This document shows positions 49,561-62,886 of a DNA stretch of 64,000 bases, one piece after another (positions within the stretch are counted from its first letter, which is position 1; each line of letters starts with the position of its first letter). The translations under genes were made by a program, and so were the position numbers. The notes below the pieces were generated by a model. That model saw nothing but the letters and a program-made list of their open reading frames with translations. It was not told the DNA's origin and searched no databases. Source of the stretch: Octopus vulgaris (Eukaryota); NCBI GenBank assembly GCA_951406725.2, contig OX597823.1, positions 76,632,001 to 76,696,000 of the forward strand, given 5' to 3'.

Positions 49561-49599
49561 TAATATAAAAGACAAACTCTTTTCATTTACATTCTTATA

Positions 49600-49997
49600 T
49601 TCTTTTCTACTCTCGGCACAAGGTACGAAATTTTGGGTGAAGGGGCCAGTCGATTAGATTGACTCCAGTATGCAACTGGTACTTGATTTATCGGCCCTGA
49701 AAGGATAAAAGGCGAAGTCGACCTTGGCAGAATTTGAACTCAGAATGCAAAGACAGATGAAATACCTATTTCTTTACTAACCACAAGGGGCTAAACACAG
49801 AGAGGATAAACAAGGACAGACTAATGGATTAAATCAATTATATCGACCCCAGTGCATAACTGGTACTTATTTAATTGACCTCAAAAGGATGAAAGGCAAA
49901 GTCGACCTCGGAGGAATTTGAACTGAGAACGTAGCGGCAGATGAAAAACTGCTAAGCATTTCGCCTGGCATGCTAACATTTCCGCCAGCTCACCACC
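49600..49997 (-). mobile_element. Dimeric SINE B; the monomer at 49768-49997 ends in the Tx1-like 3' tail
   Basis: Two SINE B bodies in tandem; 49768-49815 matches the 3' termini of E1-E6. Confidence 0.75.
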
Positions 49998-51364
49998 TTT
50001 TTTTACGTTCTTATATTAAATTAAAAGTTTTGATTAAATTAATAAAAATAAAATTCATTGTTTGAATTTCACCCATTTTCTTCAGAGTATTCAACCTGTT
50101 TCTCCATTATCCTTTTTTAAGGTGATGTTTTCAATGTTTTCTTATTAATCTTGTAAAAAGAGAGAAAAGGTAGAATTTCTAACATGACAGCAGATAAACA
50201 CGAAACGTACGGCTAAAGAAAACTTGATGGAATGATACCTTACAATGAAGAAAGCTGAATATACCAGTTTGCTAGTCATTCATCTTCAGATGCAGACAAT
50301 ACTAATATAGGTACACTATATGTTAGAAATAGCACAGGAAAAGGAAAATAGATGGTGATATTGTTGAAGTGGTGAATTATAAAAATGCTATATCTCCATA
50401 TATGTCAAGAATATAAGCAAGTAATTTCAGACAGCTTTGAACATTGTTCAATTGCAATACTGTGTTGTTATTGAAGAAGTGATGGCGAATGAGATGAGAA
50501 CTAATGAAAAGAAATGATAAAAATTGAGTATATGTCTGAGATGAACTTGTTTCTTGAAAACCATTCAAACCCATATCAATACAAATTGATATTTAAGGAA
50601 GAAATGAATGATGTTGTAGACATAGAATAGGAAATAAATCATTATCAGAATGGTAACCGTGGTGATGATAGAATTTCTGTTGTTAGTAGTGTTATTGATT
50701 TTGATGTTGTTATTGTTGTTGTTGATAATGATGTTGTGGAAGGGGGAAATGATAATGATGATGTTGATAATAATAATAATAATAATAATAATTGTGATGA
50801 TGACAATCATTGCGATGATCTAATTTCGCTTTCTCTGCCAAAATCATATATAAATCTTGTTAGCAATATCTAAAATGATAAAATTTATTGACAATATGTT
50901 GAGCAAATATTTACTTGATGTTGGCCACTGTCTGATGTCAAGTGAAAACAACAAGTACATTGGAAGCAGCTGCCAAAAACTGTTGACTCCACAAACACAA
51001 GTTGTGTAAAATAGCTACAAGCTAGAAAAATACATTTTTCTAATTGCTATCTAATAACAAAATTATAATCTGCACCACCGGTATTAAGAAATAAGAATTG
51101 CAGAAAGGATGGGAAAGAATCCAGTGTTAGTTATTGCTCAATAGCTGTACAAAAGTGGCAGTGAAGGAGCAAAATACACTGTTAGCAAATGATACTTATC
51201 TAGTATTGCTTCAAGAAATAACTAGGATATTAGAATGGTTGGAAAAACATGGGAAATATATTACACATATGTCTGAAAAATTCCTGTCTATGTAGAATGG
51301 TGAAGATAAAGTAGAAATTCAGTATATGTGTATATATAAAGATCTTATCCTTATTTATATAAAT

Positions 51365-51372
51365 TCATATAT

Positions 51373-51412
<40 letters not shown>

Positions 51413-52102
51413 ATATATATGTGTATATATATATATATGTGTATATGTATATATATATGTATATATATATATGTGTGTATATATATATGTATATATATAT
51501 GTATATATATATATGTATATATATGTATATATATATATGTTATATATATATATATATATATATGTGTATATATATATGTATATATATATATGTGTATATA
51601 TATGTGTATATATATATGTGTATATATATGTGTATATATATGTGTATATATATGTATATGTATGTATATATATATGTATATATATATATATATGTATATA
51701 TATATGTATGTGTATATATATATGTATATATATATGTATGTGTATATATATATGTATATATATGTGTATATATATGTATATATATGTGTATATATATATG
51801 TATATATATGTGTATATATATATGTATATATATATGTGTATATATATGTATATATATATGTGTATATATATGTATATATATATGTGTGTATATATATGTA
51901 TATATATGTGTGTATATATATGTATATATATATGTGTATATATATGTGTATATATATATGTGTATATATATATGTGTATATATATGTATATATATATATG
52001 TGTATATATATGTATATATATATATGTATATATATATGTGTATATATATATGTGTATATATATATGTATATATATGTATATGTGTATATGTGTATATATA
52101 TA

Positions 52103-52133
<31 letters not shown>

Positions 52134-52262
52134 GTATATATATATGTGTATATATATATGTATATATATGTATATGTGTATATGTGTATATATATATGTA
52201 TATATATATGTGTATATATATATGTATATATATATATGTGTATATATATATGTATATATATA

Positions 52263-52301
<39 letters not shown>

Positions 52302-52638
52302 ATATATATATGTATATATATATATGTGTGTATATATATGTATATATATATATGTGTATATATATATGTATATATATATATGTGTATATATATATGTATA
52401 TATATATATATGTGTATATATATATGTATATATATATATATGTGTATATATATATGTATATATATATATGTGTATATATATATGTATATATATATATGTG
52501 TATATATATATGTATATATATATATATGTGTATATATATGTGTATATATATATATATGTGTATATATATGTGTGTATATATATGTATATATATATATATG
52601 TGTGTACATATGTATATGTGTATATATATATATATTTT

Positions 52639-52682
<44 letters not shown>

Positions 52683-52896
52683 TGTTTTTTTGTTTTTTTT
52701 TTTGTTTTTTTGTGTGTTTTTGTGTTTATTTATATATTTTTATATATATGTGTATATATGTATACACTATATATATATATATATATATATACACTATATA
52801 TATATATGTGTATGTATATTATATGTGTATATATATGTATATGTGTATATGTATGTATATTATATGTGTATATATATGTATATGTGTATATGTATG

Positions 52897-52924
<28 letters not shown>
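51365..52924. repeat. About 1.56-kb (TA)n/(TATG)n microsatellite
   Basis: Directly visible. Confidence 0.97.
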
Positions 52925-52927
<3 letters not shown>

Positions 52928-53772
52928 TGGTAAAAACGGTAAGATAACAAAAGAAAGAAAGAGACCTCAATATTATGTAAATAGAGGAAATTTATCTATA
53001 AAATAATATGTTACATTTACTCAATAGTCAAGATAAAACTCTGAGTTTCAGATGCCGAAGTGGAAATCCACAACACCATCTCTTCGGTTATCTGGCCATC
53101 TGAAAAACGCTATGAAAAAATACCGTTATATAACGTGAAATTACTGTGTTATAATTCTGCTTGCGAACCCACATGAGTACTTATACATCACTATGAAAAC
53201 GTACACGTCTTCACTCGCATTTTTCGTCAACTATATATGCATATATATACAAACTCATACACACACACATGCGTACCGTAAAAGTTCATACATACGTCTA
53301 TATACGCACAAGCACAAGAAAAACCATTGTTAAAGGTTACAGAAAAAAACATAAGGAAGTATACAAAGCATAAAAACCACATTCATATACGGACATGCCC
53401 CTATGCACTCATACACACACACGCCTATATATGTACATATCCGCACATATTTATATACACATACACACACACGCATATACAAAAAATGAATATACATATG
53501 TCCCCCACCCACAAAAAAAATGGAAAAATACTAAGTAAAAACGTCTATATATATGTGCATTCTTATGCCCGCACACACGCACACATCTAAAACTGCCGAC
53601 TCATACATATTCACACACGTGTACAAATGAATCTATATACACGTCTATATAGGCACAGGAAAAAATGCAGGATAGAAAAGTACAGAAAAAATTATTATGT
53701 GTGAAAATATAAAAATATATGAAATAATGAGATAAAAAAAAACTTTTCGGGACATAATATAGAAAGCAAGTT

Positions 53773-55763
53773 CTATCTGTTTTCTTTAGGGGACCAAAAA
53801 CGTAACAAAAATTTAGTCACATATGGGCATGATCCGAAAAGTTCTGTCCTTGAGTTTAGACATGTAGTAGGGTCTAAGCTGCTTTTCCAGATAAGCCATC
53901 TCTCCATGTCGCATAGACCGCACCTTCCACTGCCGTTGGTGTAGGGCTTACATTTGGCCAAAATCTTCCAATTGATGTTATAATCGACACCTTTATCTTT
54001 TAAAGACCAAATATGATTAGATAATTTTGTCGCTTTTCTTTTGTTCCAGTGCCTAAAACTCAAGGTGTAGTTATTGAACCTGGCCTTGAAATTGCCCTCT
54101 GTAAGGTCCACGTATTTCTTCGTCGAAACGGTGTCTTTAGTGGTTATAGAGTCCACGGTAGCTTCATAGATGATGGTCTCGGACATGCAAGCTCCATTTA
54201 GCGGGCACAATTTTTTATTCCTGCATGAACAGCTGTTTTTTTGTTGTGGTTTTTGTGTGTTATGTGTGATTATATTTTTAAAATTGGTAGTAGAACTAAA
54301 ACTAATTTTTAAATTGTGTTTATTGAAGAGTTTCCTATAAGTATGGTTAACTGGAAAATTCTATCTATCAGTGTTAAGAAATATTTACCTATATTGAAGG
54401 TCACCTCGGGTGAGTAAGGGGGTGTAAACCAGATGATCTTCCTATTTCTATTTTTCCTTTTCTTTACTGTTGGGCTAGTAACAGGTGTATATTTTATTTT
54501 TTCGCTAAAACCACTATCTTTGAAAGCCTTATTATAAATTGGGGCAACGCTATTAAAAATGTCCTTATCGGAGGAGAGGCTAGAAATTCTCTTACTAATA
54601 TTTTTAACTAAATTTTTGAATACTATAGGGGGATGGCATGAACCTACATTAATATAACTAAGTCTATCATTGGGCTTCCTATAAGGCTTATAAATATTCT
54701 TATTTAGATCTAAGGAAACGTCTAGGAAATTGACAACCATCAGGTTAGTATCTACAGTTATACTAAGTCTGAAGTATTTCATTAATTGGATAATACCCTT
54801 CCTAAAACGATCCTGTGCTGGTCCATTTGTATTAGCGGTTAAAGCGAAGGCATCATCTTTGTAGATGGCGAAATATACATCAGGAAATGTCTTACCTAAA
54901 GTATCTAGGAAACAAAATCCAATAAGATCGCAAATGCCTGCTCCATCATATGACCCATGCTCACATCGAAAGGGCTTTATCTAGCAGTTCTTTAAAGATA
55001 GAGGCATAAAAATCAACAATACCGAATTGTGTAAACCTCGCTTTTTTCTTATTCTTAATGGCTTTAAACCAGTCAACGACTTCTATACTATTGGACCATT
55101 GTACTAGCCTAGTAGCGGTCTTAATTTTCGCATTTATTTTATCTAAAATTTCTTTACTAACAATCCCAAGTTCTGACTTAGCTGGGTTGATAAGCCTACA
55201 TTTAGGGTTGGAAAGGAAGTTCTCTTTGTGGTCTTTAATTGTAATAAAGGCCTCTTTTTGGGGAAGGACATCTATTTTTTTTATCTAATTTAAGTTTAGC
55301 GGCGATAACGCTAGCTTCTTTATTAATTTCATTATATGTCTGTGGCCTAGCCTTAGTGTAATTATTAATGATGCTGTTGTGTATATATGCTGTTATCTAT
55401 CAGATATAAGTTCTTGGTTTTATCCGAAAAAAGTGCTTTTTTCTTGGAGCTTTTTATATGTTTTACATCTTTTTTCAATTTATGTTGGAAATTGTTAAAA
55501 GACTTACAAAATTTTATTTTATTCATAATTTTCAGTAGGTCCACTTCGAAATCTTCCAAGCCTTTAATCTTGGGAGGGAATGTTTTAGATTTAATATGAT
55601 AGAAAGTATTTTCCATGGTGTCCACTTCTGTATTAAAAAAGAAAGCTTTCCATCTCATGCGCTTAATTAGATCAGTAATTTTCTCTAAAAGTTTCTTTGA
55701 ATAAAGTTCCCTTGATGGGATTGGTATATTTTTCATAGAATAATCTATGTAATATGCGTCCAT
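53773..55763 (-). pseudogene. Penelope-like RT plus GIY-YIG endonuclease, frameshifted, with an internal RT deletion near 54970
   Basis: ORF pieces 55365-55763, 54309-54782 and 53773-54210. Confidence 0.8.
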
Positions 55764-56108
55764 ATTAAATTCTTCTGTCTGTAAGAGTCCTCAACCGATG
55801 TTAGGTGATAATCCAAAAAAGCCGTATTAGCTCTTAGTGAAGAATAGCGTCGTCCGGGAGGTAATTTATTGGTAAAAACGGTAAGATAACAAAAGAAAGA
55901 AAGAGACCTCAATATTATGTAAATAGAGGAAATTTATCTATAAAATAATATGTTACATTTACTCAATAGTCAAGATAAAACTCTGAGTTTCAGATGCCGA
56001 AGTGGAAATCCACAACACCATCTCTTCGGTTATCTGGCCATCTGAAAAACGCTATGAAAAAATACCGTTATATAAAGGGAAATTACTGTATTATAATTTC
56101 AGATGGCC

Positions 56109-56171
56109 AGATAACCGAAGAGATGGTGTTGTGGATTTCCACTTCGGCATCTGAAACTCAGAGTTTTATCT
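56109..56171 (+). ncRNA. Type I hammerhead-like ribozyme motif in the pLTR (also on the minus strand of both direct pLTRs)
   Basis: Stem I AGATAA/TTATCT, core CCGAAGA, stem II GATG/CATC, GAAA, palindromic stem III CTCAGAG, GTT triplet. Confidence 0.5.
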
Positions 56172-56260
56172 TGACTATTGAGTAAATGTAGCATATTATT
56201 TTATAGATATATATATAGATATAGATATATATGTATATATACATATATATCTATATATAT

Positions 56261-56308
<48 letters not shown>

Positions 56309-56309
56309 A

Positions 56310-57540
56310 TGAGGGTGTGCTGAAAAGTTCATAGCGTGACTATGAAGGACTGATACTAGAGATATGGAAACATGCATACATTAATTTCAACTCTTCTGAT
56401 TAACGACTTCATTGTTTCTTTCCAAGTTAGCTCACATCTGACTTTTCAAAAAGAAAAGAATACTTCAAAAGTAACTGTAGCAACTTCTTGTGAAAATGGA
56501 CAAAATTTCGGCATGGTGGTGTTATCAATCACCTGCAGAAGTACATTCAGAGGACAGTTAGGCTGATATGCTTGCAACATGAGGGAAAGACACATTAGCT
56601 TTATCAACAGAGCAAAAGTAGGTAGCTATATTTAGGAGGAGAAGGGAGAGTCTTGAAGAAAACCAATGTTCTGGGCCCTCTGCAACAAGTACCACTGAGG
56701 AAAACATTGATCAAGTTCAACACATGATGACAGACAATTGTTTATAAATCTTACAGGATATTCTGGTAGTCGATGCTATTAGCATATCGGGAAAGAGAGT
56801 TGGGAATATTCTGTACAATGAAGTTGATATAACAAAGGATTTTTTTCAGCGGGTGCAACATCTGACATTTTATCAAAGACACATCAAGCTAATTAGACAT
56901 TGTTTGAGGCAGATCCAGCTGGTTTCTTTGAACATTTCCTAAGCCAAGAGATGTGTTGGCTTCATATATTTGAGTCAAAGACAAAGAGGCAACCCATGCA
57001 GTAGAAACACACCCACTTAACCTGTTCCAAAGAAGGTCAAAGTCGTTTCACCTCCGGGGAATATGATGGCCTCAGTTTTCTGGGATGTAAAAGGCATTTT
57101 GTTTATTGACTATCTTTTAAGGGACCATACCATCAATGTAGAACACTATGCCAGCTTGCTGAGTCAGTTATGAAGGGTTATCAAGAGCAAAGGCCCAGGA
57201 AAATTGACAAAAGATGTCTTGTTTCCAGCACACAAATCCTTGGTTCCAATGGCTTCTGTGCAGGACTGTGGCTTTGGTCTTGTTCACCTGACACTCCAGT
57301 CTGATTCAGCTGCATCTGTCAATCATCTGTTCCACAACGTAAAAAACACTTGATTGAGAACCAGTATCACAGAGATGAACAACAGGCTGAAAGCTTCTTC
57401 ACCAATAAGACCCAAGCACTACAACACCAGTGAAAGAAGTGTGTGGATTCTAAGGAGAACTATATTGAAAAATAAACCTCATTTAATTACATTCCATCAG
57501 AGTATCTTGGTCAGCCTATGAACTTTTCAGCTGACCTTCA
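56310..57540 (+). mobile_element. Decayed mariner (Tc1/mariner) DNA transposon
   Basis: TIRs tgagggtgtgctgaaaagttcatag / ctatgaacttttcagctgaccttca; about 1.23 kb; transposase remnant MMASVFWDVKGILFIDYL near 57063-57115. Confidence 0.85.
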
Positions 57541-57609
57541 TGTATATGTGGTTGTGTGTATATATATTATGCTCTATAATACTGTTTCCATTTCCACCTT
57601 GCTATATGG

Positions 57610-58050
57610 TTGCAAAACCTGAACTCTATACCATTGCAACATCCAAAAATTAGAAAGCTTTCACCTGCAAAAACTTCTTTCGGTCTTGAATGGGAACACT
57701 ATGTGACCAAAAACAAAGTCCTGGAAAGAGCCAACAGTCAAAACACTGAATTACTGAGCATGAAACAGCCACTTCGATGGTCAGTACATGTACCAAAAAT
57801 GGAAGCATCAAGGTTTCCATGTCAGGTCTTATTAAACAAGCTTACATCAAGGAAAAGATGTGGGGTTGCCCTTTTCAAGCATACAAGAACCAACACTTTG
57901 AAATCCACAGGACTTGAGTCTAGATTGTTTGAAACACAAGCCTGAGACTTTATGGGTTGGTGGTCTTCCATCACCTTCGAAACCAAAAATTTTGATGTCA
58001 ACTGAAGAAAAAAGGATGTCAAACAACAAGAGAGAAAGCCATGACAAAAT
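57610..58050 (+). mobile_element. RTE-clade LINE 3' fragment
   Basis: LRWSVHVPKMEASRFPCQVL resembles the RTE C-terminal LRWxGHVxRM motif. Confidence 0.55.
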
Positions 58051-58120
58051 CAACATCTGAAAAGACAAACACTAGATAACATTGAGAAGTATATTAATTT
58101 GATTTAACATCCATATTTAT

Positions 58121-58670
58121 GTGGAGGCACGTGGCTTAGTGGTTAGGGTGTCACCACCATGATCGTAAGATTGTGGTTTTGATTCCTGGACCGGGCGACA
58201 CGTGTTCTTGAGCAAAACATTTCATTTCACGTTGCTCCAGTCCACTCAGCTAGCAAAAGTGAGAAACGCTGTGATGGACTGGCGTCCTGTCCAACTAGGG
58301 AGCACATACACCATAGAAACCAGGAAAGCAGGACCATGAGCCCAGCTGGTGCATTTATTTTAGTGGAGGCGCAATGGCCCAGTGGTTAGGGCTGCGGACT
58401 CTGGGACGGAGGATCGGGGTTTTGATTCCCAGACTGGGCATTGTGAGTGTTTATTGAGCAAAAACACCCAAAGCTCCATGAGGCTCTGGCAGGGGTTGGT
58501 GGTGACCCCTGTTGTACTCTTTCGCCCCTACTTTCTCTCACTCTTTCTTCCTGTTTCTTGAGTAATGCTGCGATGGACTGGCGTCCCGTCCAGCTGGGGG
58601 GAACACATATGCCATAGAAACCAGGAAACCTGACCCATGAGCCTGGCTAGGTTTGAAAAGGGTGCATAAA
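58121..58670 (+). mobile_element. Two adjacent tRNA-derived SINEs (family D 58121-58355, family E 58362-58670)
   Basis: tRNA-like heads; homologues at 61473 (+) and 62030-62360 (-); shared tail gatggactggcgtcc..catagaaacc. Confidence 0.65.
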
Positions 58671-59988
58671 TTTAAAAAATCCATATTTATATATAAAATA
58701 CTACAATTAGTCATCATTTTTGACAGCACGGGGCCAGCTAGTTTTGAAATAGTTTAAGAAACAAAAAGAATTTAATTGATTTTATTTAGCTTTAATCTTG
58801 TAAATTTCACGGCTCGGCATTAAAATCTATGCTGCGTTTTGCTACAGTAGAACAAAAGCTTGAAAACTCAGGTGTTCAAATATCTAATACTATTAATGTC
58901 TTAGACATTCAATACGTCACACAATATTTCAATATTTAATGGCAGAATCTAGTTCAGTCGTCTAATGATACAAACAGAATTGCTTAATAGAGCCAACAGA
59001 AGCCAATAATTGCACAAAATATAGACTGTTCCTGATGCATACTTGTAGAAATTTTAAGAGCTTTTATCTCCAAATTTGACCATGAAGACGATAATAATAG
59101 CAAACATAAGAATGAAAGATTATCTGCTAAGCAGACAACATAATTGTTATGAGATACTACTTTTTTCACCACCCAATAATTCTAAATTCACATCAAAAAG
59201 CAAAATTTAACAGATTTACATTTTCCTTATTTTTTTCTTTCAATTCCTATTTAAATTTCATTCTGTTTCCTTTTTATATTTTCTTTATTATTTATTTATT
59301 GTTTTTCTTTATCTCTACATTCTTTTATATTTTGTGTCTTTTTTGAACATTATTTACTCTCTAAATTTAAAATTTGTTTTTATGTATTTATTTATATATT
59401 TCTGTTTCCCACTTTATTTTTATTATTATTATTTTATTATTATTATTTTTTTTTTTCATTTCATACACTGTAGTTCCTGTTTATTTCCAACAATAGAAAG
59501 CCGGAATAGAAACTGTTATATCAGAAATGATCCGAAAATAATACAAATGGTAGAATAGGAAAAAAAAAAGAAAGCAAGAAAGAAAGAATGAAAGACAAAA
59601 AGAAAGAAAGAAAGAAAGAGAAATAACAACAAAAATAAAAAGGGAAAGAGAAAGTAATTTTGGTAAAGATTTTGGAGTCAGACAATTACTTAGCTAATTG
59701 GTTGTATTATTGCAGAACAGTAATTATACCAAAATGGTACTTTTTAACAGACATTTGTCTCTTATAGACCGAAAGTCATTTATTCTGACATGGAGAGAAA
59801 TATATATTTTTCCATATGCATGAAGATGAAGACATTTGGGTTTTTTTCTCCCTTTGATTCTATCATTGTCTCACTTCTAGATTAATATACATGTGTGAGA
59901 GAGAGACAAAAATTTTGTTTGCATCTTTGGCATATATCATCATCATCACTATCACCATCACAAATCATCGTCAACATCATCACCATCA

Positions 59989-60019
<31 letters not shown>

Positions 60020-60559
60020 CTTCGTCGTCGTCATCACCACCATTACCATCGTCATCATCGTCATTTTTTTAATATCCACTTTCCAAGCTAACACGGGTCA
60101 GATGGAATTTGTTGCAGCAGACTTTTCTATAGTCGGATACGTTTTCTGTCACCTGGTTCTGAGCGAGATAGTATTTGCCCATGTGTCCCCATGTTGGACA
60201 TGTTTTCATGGAAGATTGGAAATATATAACCCTGCTTATGTGATGATGGTGACACTTATTTGCTACTATTGTATGATGTAGGACAATGAAACACAAACAC
60301 ATTCACACACACACACACACACACAAATTACTTAATATCTTTCAATATACATACAGGTATATATGCTTATATATCCATCATCGTCATCATAATCATCATC
60401 ATCATTTAATCTCTGTTGTCTATGTATATACATACATTCACATATATATATAATATATATATGAATTTTTATATTTGGTCTCAGGTTTCTTAATGTGGAT
60501 TCGTGGTTTGAAAGAAATATTGTTGTGTCCTGGAATGGTGTATTGACCCTCCCAAATTT

Positions 60560-60626
60560 CAACTACACACACACACACATACACACACACACGCACACAG
60601 CACACACACAGCACACACACACGCAC

Positions 60627-60664
<38 letters not shown>

Positions 60665-60880
60665 CACACAGACACATAGACAAACACACACAGCACACAC
60701 TCACAGCACATACACACACACATGCACACACACAAACAGCACTCACATACACACAGTACACAGACACACATGCATACACAGACACAAAGACACACAGACA
60801 CACACACACAGACACACGCACACAGACACACGCACACAGACACACACACTCACACACTACCACACACACACAACACAAAA
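60560..60880. repeat. (CA)n-rich microsatellite
   Basis: Directly visible. Confidence 0.9.
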
Positions 60881-61437
60881 TACTATAAATTATATCAATA
60901 AGACATATGAAAGTTAATTTCACATTATTGGTTGCTTTTCTGAGAAAGCTTTAATTAAAATTTGTGTACCGATATATATCTAAATACACCAGAAACAACA
61001 AAACTATATGTACATTCATGTATCAAAAAAAAAAAAAAGGCATAACATTTAATATATAACAATCTTTAATTAAATATTTAGTTCCTGTGCTGTGAAGTAC
61101 TTCATTTACATACATTAACTGAAAAATATGTGTATGCATATATTACACACATTTTTATTTGTTCTGCTTGCTCTGCTATATTTTATTTCTTTCATAAACG
61201 AATATATAGCATCATGTTGTCACAAATTACTATAAATTACAAATGATGTAAGAGCTTTCCTCCTTCACTGATGATAGTACATACAGCATATGAAACTGAG
61301 ATTGCAATAAATGGACAGATATTTAAAAGCTATTTATATATAGGTTATATTTAGATGCTTAACTGTATGCACATATTATTTTGCTCTAGCACAACATATC
61401 AAACACTATCATAATATTAGCATTCATATAAATATAA

Positions 61438-61472
<35 letters not shown>

Positions 61473-61476
<4 letters not shown>

Positions 61477-61725
61477 GAGGTGTGTGGCTTAGTGGTTAGT
61501 GTGTCAGCATCATGATCGTAAGATTGTGGTTTTGATTCCTGGACCGGGCGATGCGTTTTGTTCTTGAGCAAAACACTTTATTTCACGTTGCTCCAGTCCA
61601 CTCAGTTAGCAAAAATGAGTAATGCTGCGATGGACTGGTGTCCCATCCAGCTGGGGAACACATATGCCATAGAAACCGGGAAACCAGGCCCATGAGCCTG
61701 GCTAGGCTTTAAAAGGGTGCATTTA
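61473..61725 (+). mobile_element. SINE family D
   Basis: Matches 58121-58355. Confidence 0.7.
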
Positions 61726-62029
61726 TTATTTATATATGTATATATAGATCAAAAGGATCAAAGGTACTGTCTGTACCACAGAGCTTTTAAAACCAGTTTC
61801 CCAGATTCTGTAGAGTATATATTCACTTGTAGATAGAACGCTGGTCCATTGCAGGAATATTCCTTTTCACCAGCAGATTGACCTGGAGATGTACTACGGT
61901 GTCAACTGTTCACTACCAGTGAACTAACACAACACATCTTATTTTTTTGAGCACCTTCCGGAGTATTCGAGCAGTTCCAAACAGTTCTGCTTCTGTTGTT
62001 GTTTTTGTTGTTGTTGTTGCTGCTGCTGT

Positions 62030-62360
62030 TGCTGTTCAGCAAAAATGGTCTTCGTCCCAGAGTGGGAGAAGTCCGAAACGTGGTCCTCTGCTATTCGTAA
62101 AACTTGCAGAAGAGAAAGCAGGTCAACCCCTGACACCGAGAGCATCGGCTCAGCGGTTGCATAAGAAGTCGGGGATAAGAAACAGGAAGAAAGAGTGGGA
62201 GAAAGTTAGGGCGAAAGAGTACAACAGGGGTCGTCACCACCCCCTGCTGGAGCCTCGTGGAGCTTTAGGTGTTTTTGCTCAATAAAAACACACAACGCCC
62301 AGTCTGGGAATTGAAACCGCGAGTCTGCTTCCCTAACCACTGGGCCATTGCGCATCCACT
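62030..62360 (-). mobile_element. SINE family E
   Basis: Head and body are the reverse complement of 58362-58560; different tail ending at a (CAA)n tract. Confidence 0.6.
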
Positions 62361-62479
62361 GTTGCTGCTGCTGATGTCCTCCTCCTCCTTCTCCTACTAC
62401 TACTACTACTATTACTACTACTACTACTTTAATTGCTCGCTGGTCACCAAAAGCAGAGGCTGTCTTCTCAACCAAACTA

Positions 62480-62790
62480 CTGCTGTAGGTGCTGTTGGAT
62501 GATGGGCTCTGGTGATGATGTTATTCCACAGTTTCTGTCTCCATAGTACTAACCATAGCATGCTCAAGGTCAAAACACTGCTACTTCAGGTCTTCCTCAA
62601 TATGTTTTGCTCATGTCTTCTTATGGACAGTGGACTGGATTCACCAGTTTGTGGGATGCTGCCACCACAGAAGTTGGTGTGGTAGACTTCCAGTGCTCAT
62701 TCTTCAGACATGGCCATATCACTGTTGTCTGTGCTGCCAGACTTGGTCTTCAATGGTTAGCCTCTCTGTTAAGTTTATATAATCATAATA
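62480..62790 (-). mobile_element. RTE-like LINE C-terminal remnant
   Basis: Minus strand reads Q*YGHV*RMSTGSLPHQLLW. Confidence 0.45.
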
Positions 62791-62848
62791 TATAAAACCA
62801 GTCTTCTCCCTTTTTGACTTAGGAACTTTACCCATCTGCATACACACA

Positions 62849-62886
<38 letters not shown>

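Larger units (their letters stand above)
52925..56209 (-). mobile_element. Penelope-like element, probably Naiad clade, decayed
   Basis: Direct pLTRs at 52925-53156 and 55867-56098 plus an inverted partial pLTR at 56098-56209; KRMRWKAFFF, MGSYDG, IYKDD, YRKP..SCHP; CxCx5Cx5C linker (CSCRNKKLCPLNGAC); GIY-YIG-like IIY..KKYV with CGLC. Confidence 0.85.

Noticed and set aside
50100-51300. Possible very old LINE remnants
   Set aside because: Too degenerate to assign motifs with confidence.
51326-53006. Four 400-535 aa ORFs
   Set aside because: Artefacts of the stop-free (TA/TG)n microsatellite.
54186-54232. Selenocysteine recoding as reported for some Naiad elements
   Set aside because: The linker cysteines here are TGT/TGC codons, not TGA.
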